From an uncultured archaeon (GTDB lineage: Archaea; Asgardarchaeota; Thorarchaeia; Thorarchaeales; Thorarchaeaceae), in assembly GCA_964458565.1 (NCBI GenBank), contig CAYWJO010000014.1, positions 7,360 to 32,245 on the forward strand: a DNA stretch of 24,886 bases. Direction: 5' to 3'. Shown here piece by piece: positions 9,428 to 14,702 of this stretch (positions are counted from its first letter, which is position 1; each line of letters starts with the position of its first letter). The notes under the pieces were generated by a model. The model ran no database searches and was not told the DNA's origin. It was given only the letters and a program-made list of their open reading frames with translations. A program made the position numbers and the translations under genes.

Positions 9428-9874
9428 ATGGCAAGTAGTACGAAACAGAAGAAGCGAAGAACTTGGTTAATGCCACAGGAAGTTGAAGTTTGGTACATTC
9501 TACCGAGCATACGAAGAGAACTCACTCGCATTCTTATCGCTAAGGATATTCCTCAGAAGACAATAGCAAAAATGCTAGGTGTGACTGAACCTGCTGTGAC
9601 ACAGTATAAATTAGAGAAGTCAACTGGTAGGTCTCGTGGAGACCAAGTTCAGATTCCAAAGAAACTTCTACCCGAAGTCGAGAAATCCGTAGAAATTATC
9701 ATCAAGAAATGGGAAAGCAAAGGTCCCGAAGAGAACGTGTATGAAGCAATGACGCGTGAAGTTAATAGACTCATCAGAGTACTTAGAGATGAAGGCATTT
9801 TATGTGATGTGCATCGAGAATATTGTGAAGGTGTTCATGAAGATTGTTCGGCATGCAAAGATGGAAGACGCTGA
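9428..9874 (+). CDS. Archaeal HTH transcriptional regulator (COG2522-like) with a C-terminal Cys/His metal-binding tail
   Basis: MPQEVEVWYILPSIRRELTRIL, HTH segment PQKTIAKMLGVTEPAVTQY, and C-terminal C126-x2-H-x3-C-x3-H-x2-C-x2-C143. Confidence 0.85.
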   Translation: MASSTKQKKRRTWLMPQEVEVWYILPSIRRELTRILIAKDIPQKTIAKMLGVTEPAVTQYKLEKSTGRSRGDQVQIPKKLLPEVEKSVEIIIKKWESKGPEENVYEAMTREVNRLIRVLRDEGILCDVHREYCEGVHEDCSACKDGRR

Positions 9875-9924
9875 ACGAAAATCCATAATACAATAATCTC
9901 ATAAGTTCATTATCTTAAGCTGTA

Positions 9925-9938
9925 TCCTCAAGTGAGGC
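9925..9938 (+). promoter_or_regulatory. Palindrome TCCTCA-AG-TGAGGC covering the RBS of the iscS-like gene
   Basis: CCTCA/TGAGG arms at 9926-9937, 8 nt before ATG 9946. The same motif occurs before iscU. Confidence 0.5.
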
Positions 9939-9945
9939 TACCCCC

Positions 9946-11157
9946 ATGGCTTATTTGGATAATGCTAATTCCACAAGAGTTGATGAAAGGGTAATTGAAG
10001 CAATGCTCCCTTATTTCCGAGAACATTATGGAACGGCAGGTCTGGAACTTAGTCATTCTCAAGATGTTTCAGCATTAACGGGTTTGGAGAATGCTAGACT
10101 AAGTATTGCGAAAACACTCAATGCGGATCCGAGAGAAATTATTTTCACTTCAGGTTCAACAGAATCAAACAATATCGCCATCAGAGGTACAGCACGAGCT
10201 AACAGAGATGATGGAAAACATATAATCACAAGCCCAATTGAAACTCAATCAGTTCTAAAATCATGTGAGAGGCTCGAAGAGGCAGGATATGAAATATCGG
10301 TCTTGGATGTTGACGAGTATGGCCTAGTTGATTTAAATCAACTAGAGCGAATCATTCGAAAAGATACTACTCTTGTTACGATTCAGCATGTTAATAGTGA
10401 GATAGGTACAGCTCAACCAATCGAGGATATTTCTAAGATAACGTCAGAAAGAGGGATTGTTTATCATACAGATGCCACACATTCATTTCTCAGAATGCCG
10501 ATTGATGTAGCAAAAATTGGAGTAAACCTGATTTCATTTGATGCACATCATATTCATGGACCCAAAGGCATTGGCGCTCTCTACATCAGGCGAAAAACCA
10601 GAGTACATCGTCTTCATGAGGGAGGCGATGAAGAAAGAAGATTACGACCTGGAATCGAAAATATTCCTGCTGCGGTAGGCTTTGGAAAAGCTATCGAGAT
10701 TTGGGGCGCTGATGAGAACAGCTATCTTCTATCACTTAGAAAATATATCGAGAGAAAAATGAAGGATAGGCTTACAGACTTCTCAATTACTGGTCACCCA
10801 GATAGGAGAGCTCCTCACATATATAGTATCATTGTGAGCTTTATTGAAGGAGAGTCTATGTTGGTTCAATTGGATATGGATGGATTCTCTGTTTCAACAG
10901 GTTCTGCGTGTTCATCCAAAACACTTCAAGGAAGTCACATTCTCAAGGCAATTGGTCTACCACCTGAACGGGCTCATGGTTCGATTCGTGTTTCGTTTTC
11001 GAGATACAATACAAAAGAAGAGATTGATGCCTTCATTGACGCATTCGTCCCCGCAGTTGAGAGACTTAGAGAATTCAGTCCATTAAGGGATGGTATGTAT
11101 TTTGCTAGTACAGATGATGACGATCATCATCACGATATTTCAGAGGATGAATGGTGA
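9946..11157 (+). CDS. iscS: IscS/NifS (MisS)-like cysteine desulfurase homologue lacking the PLP lysine; probable pseudo-desulfurase
   Basis: YLDNA, IIFTSGSTESNN, GPKGIGALY, STGSACSS (Cys322), SHILKAIG and GSIRVS place it in group I desulfurases. DAHHIHG replaces SxHKxxG. Confidence 0.9.
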   Translation: MAYLDNANSTRVDERVIEAMLPYFREHYGTAGLELSHSQDVSALTGLENARLSIAKTLNADPREIIFTSGSTESNNIAIRGTARANRDDGKHIITSPIETQSVLKSCERLEEAGYEISVLDVDEYGLVDLNQLERIIRKDTTLVTIQHVNSEIGTAQPIEDISKITSERGIVYHTDATHSFLRMPIDVAKIGVNLISFDAHHIHGPKGIGALYIRRKTRVHRLHEGGDEERRLRPGIENIPAAVGFGKAIEIWGADENSYLLSLRKYIERKMKDRLTDFSITGHPDRRAPHIYSIIVSFIEGESMLVQLDMDGFSVSTGSACSSKTLQGSHILKAIGLPPERAHGSIRVSFSRYNTKEEIDAFIDAFVPAVERLREFSPLRDGMYFASTDDDDHHHDISEDEW

Positions 11158-11232
11158 GTTAACAGCAATCAATCAAAAATTGAGATTCGCAAATGTGTAC
11201 TAAATGAAAACAACTAAATTACAACTCACGCG

Positions 11233-11246
11233 TCCTCACTTGAGGC
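11233..11246 (+). promoter_or_regulatory. Palindrome TCCTCA-CT-TGAGGC covering the RBS of iscU
   Basis: The core at 11234-11245 is the exact reverse complement of the 12-mer before iscS, and lies 9 nt before TTG 11255. Confidence 0.5.
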
Positions 11247-11254
11247 AATTCATA

Positions 11255-11632
11255 TTGTATAGTGAGAAAGTCAAGGAGAATTTCAAGAATCCTCAAAATA
11301 TGGGAAAAATCGAAGACCCAGATGGTGTTGGCACAGTTGGAAATCCTGTCTGTGGCGATATGATGACACTATACCTCAAAATTGATGATGGCATAATTGT
11401 AGACGCCAAAGTCGAAACCTTTGGTTGTGTCGCAGCAATTGCTACATCTTCGATGACGACGCAAATGGCGATTGGAAAAACAATAGAGGAAGCAAAGAAG
11501 ATATCAAGACAACAAGTTGCAGAAGCTCTTAATGGCCTTCCACCTCAAAAGATGCACTGTAGCAATCTTGCAGCGGATGCCTTATTGTTGGCAATTGAGG
11601 ACTATGAAAATAAAATGAAGGAACAAAAATAG
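11255..11632 (+). CDS. iscU: Fe-S cluster scaffold IscU/NifU-N (MisU)
   Basis: Probable TTG start giving MYSEKVKENFKNPQNMG. GNPVCGD, FGCVAAIATSS and LPPQKMHCSNLA retain all three Cys, the Asp and the His. The ORF track start at 11204 is probably too far upstream. Confidence 0.95.
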   Translation: MYSEKVKENFKNPQNMGKIEDPDGVGTVGNPVCGDMMTLYLKIDDGIIVDAKVETFGCVAAIATSSMTTQMAIGKTIEEAKKISRQQVAEALNGLPPQKMHCSNLAADALLLAIEDYENKMKEQK

Positions 11633-11725
11633 CACCAATTTCCGTTTTTTCATGCTATACAGTTATTTTGTACTTCTTGCCATAGAGCAAGAGAAAATTT
11701 ACATTTTGAGTTCTTCTTGATTCCA

Positions 11726-12478
11726 CTATGGAAATAGTTCTATTGCCAAAGGGATGCCTGCTAGCACAAGGATCACAATTGTGAGGCTAAGTTCTAACCA
11801 CTTCGGTTTTGTATTGATAGAGAAGGAGCTTCCAATCCGAGAACCTAATCCTGAACCAATCAGTACAGCGAAACCTTCTATTAGTAAGAGATGTTCATGA
11901 AACCAATAGAAACATACTCCTACGATTGATGTGAAAATAGCTGCGAATAGAGCTGTTGCAATCGCTTTATGCATATCGACATTCAGAATTCTCAAAAGAG
12001 GCACAAATAAGGATCCCTCGCTTCCTCCCCTCAAGCCAGTTAGTGTATTTGATACAAATGTACTAAGACACAACGCCGCAAAGGAGGGTTTCAAATGTTC
12101 TGAAAATGAAGGAGCCAAATGATTCATGTTCAAACCGATTACAGATAATATTGAAACCAAGACAAAAACAATAGGCAAAACTAGTGCTGTAGTTGCTAAT
12201 GAGAATGCAATCAATGTGCCCAGAACCGTACCAGTAGACCCTCCGAGAATCATATATGCTCCGTATCTAAGATCTATGTTCTTTTTCTGTGATGCTGCAC
12301 CGATTATGCTAGAAACTGGAAGGGCTAGCAAATTCATTCCAAATGCCGATATTAAAGTAAATCCTATCAAGTTTAGGAGTGGAATTCTTATCGAACCGCC
12401 ACCTATTCCTAAGAAACCACTAGCTAGTCCGGCTATGAAGCCAATGATGCCTAAGAGAAATAACAGTAGAAAGTCCAT
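11726..12478 (-). CDS. TSUP family (sulfite exporter TauE/SafE) transporter
   Basis: Two repeats: AGLASGFLGIGGGSIRIPLL and LTGLRGGSEGSLFVPLLRILNVDMHKAIATAL, about 8 TM. Start placed at ATG 12478; the ORF track gives 12514. Confidence 0.88.
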   Translation of the reverse strand: MDFLLLFLLGIIGFIAGLASGFLGIGGGSIRIPLLNLIGFTLISAFGMNLLALPVSSIIGAASQKKNIDLRYGAYMILGGSTGTVLGTLIAFSLATTALVLPIVFVLVSILSVIGLNMNHLAPSFSEHLKPSFAALCLSTFVSNTLTGLRGGSEGSLFVPLLRILNVDMHKAIATALFAAIFTSIVGVCFYWFHEHLLLIEGFAVLIGSGLGSRIGSSFSINTKPKWLELSLTIVILVLAGIPLAIELFP

Positions 12479-12779
12479 GCTCTTCATCTGTCTGAATCCT
12501 GTCAGAGTAATCAAGTGATAACTCTGGAAGGATTGAAGTGTGAGGTTGTTTAAGCATTGCTATATGACGCGTGTCAATTTTCAATGAGTAGAGAAAAATT
12601 GAGCTATATATCAGCAACAAAGATCACTAAATGTGCTTTAGATTCCAAAGGACGAAGAGAAATGGATGACAGGGGGTAGGAATCAATTCTTTTCATTATC
12701 TATTATGACAAAACGAATCGGGTATATTGGGCAAAGAGATAGCATTCAAATATCGTTCATATAGCTCTATAAATATCGA

Positions 12780-13484
12780 CTATGTCTTCAGATGTTGAAG
12801 CTCCTCCGGATTTGCTATGTGTCGCTTCATGGCCTTTTTGTCAAAGAAAGGGGTAAGTCGATTTAAACAAGCAACAACAATACACCTAGAGCAGAGAAAT
12901 CTTGCAAATCCCTCAAGAATCGTGTTTCTTTTGAGCTTGGTAACAAAATCATTCTCTGACACGGAGAAGAAAGTTCTCTTCTTTATCGTGATGAGACTTA
13001 CAACTTTATCGTAGATTCTCTTCGCTAGATCATTCTGAGGAAATTCGAGAGCAAATCTATGAGCCAGCCGAAGACTCAAACTAAACTCACAAGAAGGTTC
13101 AAAGTGACTTTTCTCCCATCGCTTTTCAATTCCGTCCTCAACAATCCCGATTTCCCAGAACTGATAGAATTCGTAGCCCTCGAGTTTTTGGTGATCACCA
13201 ACACGTTCGATTATTTTACCATTCATTCTATTCTCACCAAACCAATAGGACATACCTCGAGGTATATGTCCAGAACGTCCGCAGAAGCAATACCATCCAT
13301 TTATTGAGGTGTTCTCGATTATTCTCTTTATTTCCTTCGCGGTATCTAGATGACTGTGATCAACTACATGGGAAGGAACCCAGATGAGATGATTTTCACA
13401 ACGTAATTGTTTGCATAGCGCGCTTTCATATAGTATCTTATTTTTCCCTTTTATTTCTCCACATTCAGCACAGAAATCCATCAC
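12780..13484 (-). CDS. Hypothetical Cys/His-rich protein, possible zinc-finger protein
   Basis: 234-aa ORF with CAEC-x15-CKQLRCENH, YCFCGRSGH and LCSRC. No family recognised with confidence. Confidence 0.7.
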   Translation of the reverse strand: MMDFCAECGEIKGKNKILYESALCKQLRCENHLIWVPSHVVDHSHLDTAKEIKRIIENTSINGWYCFCGRSGHIPRGMSYWFGENRMNGKIIERVGDHQKLEGYEFYQFWEIGIVEDGIEKRWEKSHFEPSCEFSLSLRLAHRFALEFPQNDLAKRIYDKVVSLITIKKRTFFSVSENDFVTKLKRNTILEGFARFLCSRCIVVACLNRLTPFFDKKAMKRHIANPEELQHLKT

Positions 13485-13599
13485 TGCGTCCTCAATAGGA
13501 CAGAAACCACTAGCACGAATAAATGCTCCTGTTTTCTTCTTGATTCGAAAGCCTTTTTTTCAGAGTTCAAACTCTCTTTGCGAAGGAACGTGTGAAGTT

Positions 13600-14337
13600 T
13601 TGAACGGTCAGATTATTGTTGAGATAGACAAGCCACTAGCAACCGTAACGATTTCGAGACCTGATAAATTGAATTCAGTGACATGGGAGATGTTAAGGGC
13701 GTTCGATAAAGAAATCCAACAACTTCTTGAAAATCCCAATATATTGGGAATTGTATTCACAGGAGAAGGGGATAAAGCATTCACAGCTGGATTTGATCTT
13801 AATACTATAAAGGGTTTAAGGGGAGTTGATCATTACAACTTTTTCAAGTTATTAGATACTTCAATAGCGAGATTGAGAGAGAATGCGAGTTGTATAACTC
13901 TCGCATCATGCAATGGATATACAATAGGATTTGGAGCAATCCTTGCACTTGCCTGTGATTTTAGATTCTTTTCTGACAATGCATTGTTTCGATTACCTGA
14001 GATTGACCTTGATGTCTTCCCAGGAGCTGGAGCAGCCTCAGGACTCGTTCATCTTGTGGGACCAGCAAAGGCAAAAGATATTCTGATAACAGGGAGGAAG
14101 GTTCAGGCTAAAGAGGCATACTCACTTGGAATTGCAGATAGAATAGTGAAACAAGACCAGCTTTTCCAAGAGTCGAAGGTCTACTTGCGAGAGATTACTA
14201 CAAAGAATCGAAGTATCCTTCTCAACACAAAAAAGGCTATTGATGAAATGGTTGAAGGAGGAGTGAATCAGGATTCCAAGATTGAGACAGATTATTTTGA
14301 CCGTTGGTTGCAGGATAGACAAAAAGACACACCATAA
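13600..14337 (+). CDS. Enoyl-CoA hydratase/isomerase (crotonase superfamily)
   Basis: ATVTISRPDKLNSV, FTGEGDKAFTAGFDL, NGYTIGFGAILALACDFR, FRLPEIDL, LVGPAKAKDILITG. Probable TTG start at 13600; the ORF track start at 13411 overlaps the divergent gene. Confidence 0.9.
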   Translation: MNGQIIVEIDKPLATVTISRPDKLNSVTWEMLRAFDKEIQQLLENPNILGIVFTGEGDKAFTAGFDLNTIKGLRGVDHYNFFKLLDTSIARLRENASCITLASCNGYTIGFGAILALACDFRFFSDNALFRLPEIDLDVFPGAGAASGLVHLVGPAKAKDILITGRKVQAKEAYSLGIADRIVKQDQLFQESKVYLREITTKNRSILLNTKKAIDEMVEGGVNQDSKIETDYFDRWLQDRQKDTP

Positions 14338-14339
14338 GA

Positions 14340-14630
14340 GTAATCTACGAAACTCTACAATGAACATAGCTCCCTGATTACCATGTCCGTCAAATCGATT
14401 TTTATCTGAAATGTTACGGATATATTTATCGAGCATTTCATTTATCTGTTGAAAACTAACATCACCAAACTTACTCTTGACATCGAAGAACTCTCTCTCA
14501 AAGTACTCGAATCTAATTTCATCTTTTGCGATGCTGACTCGCTATGATTTGTCTTTTTAAAGAACTAGAATCCAGATTTGTCCTACATTTCTGGGATTAT
14601 ATTCAATTACATTTTCATAAGGTTCAACCA
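14340..14630 (-). pseudogene. Decayed HATPase_c (histidine kinase C-terminus) remnant, paralogous to 17108..18565
   Basis: Hand translation: WLNLM/(frameshift)ENVIEYNPRNVGQIWILVL*KDKS*RVSIAKD...FFDVKSKFGDVSFQQINEMLDKYIRNISDKNRFDGHGNQGAMFIVEF. It aligns with WLNLMENSVEHNPHDKIQIWV...VTIADD...LFDVNRRFGGVSLHQTKEIVDKYGGTISVHDRVPDTPNQGAKFVIQF. Stops are at 14557-14559 and 14542-14544. Confidence 0.8.
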
Positions 14631-14702
14631 AGTCATGATGTGTGATTAGTACACAAGCAAATTTAAGTGAAAAGAGATGTTTAAGAAAATCTGGGATGTT
14701 CG

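Noticed and set aside
11155-11254. TGA read-through (selenocysteine) or an iscS-iscU fusion
   Set aside because: iscU is in a different frame, read-through reaches TAA after about 20 codons, and no SECIS-like element was recognised.
12574-12767. Possible MITE: GAGCTATAT (12601-12609) / ATATAGCTC (12759-12767), plus TCAATTTT/AAAATTGA inverted arms
   Set aside because: The arms are only 8-9 bp and AT-rich. There is no target-site duplication, no second copy and no transposase in the window.
14122-14436. 104-aa minus-strand ORF as an independent gene
   Set aside because: Its first third is the tail of the kinase relic and the rest is antisense to the crotonase gene.
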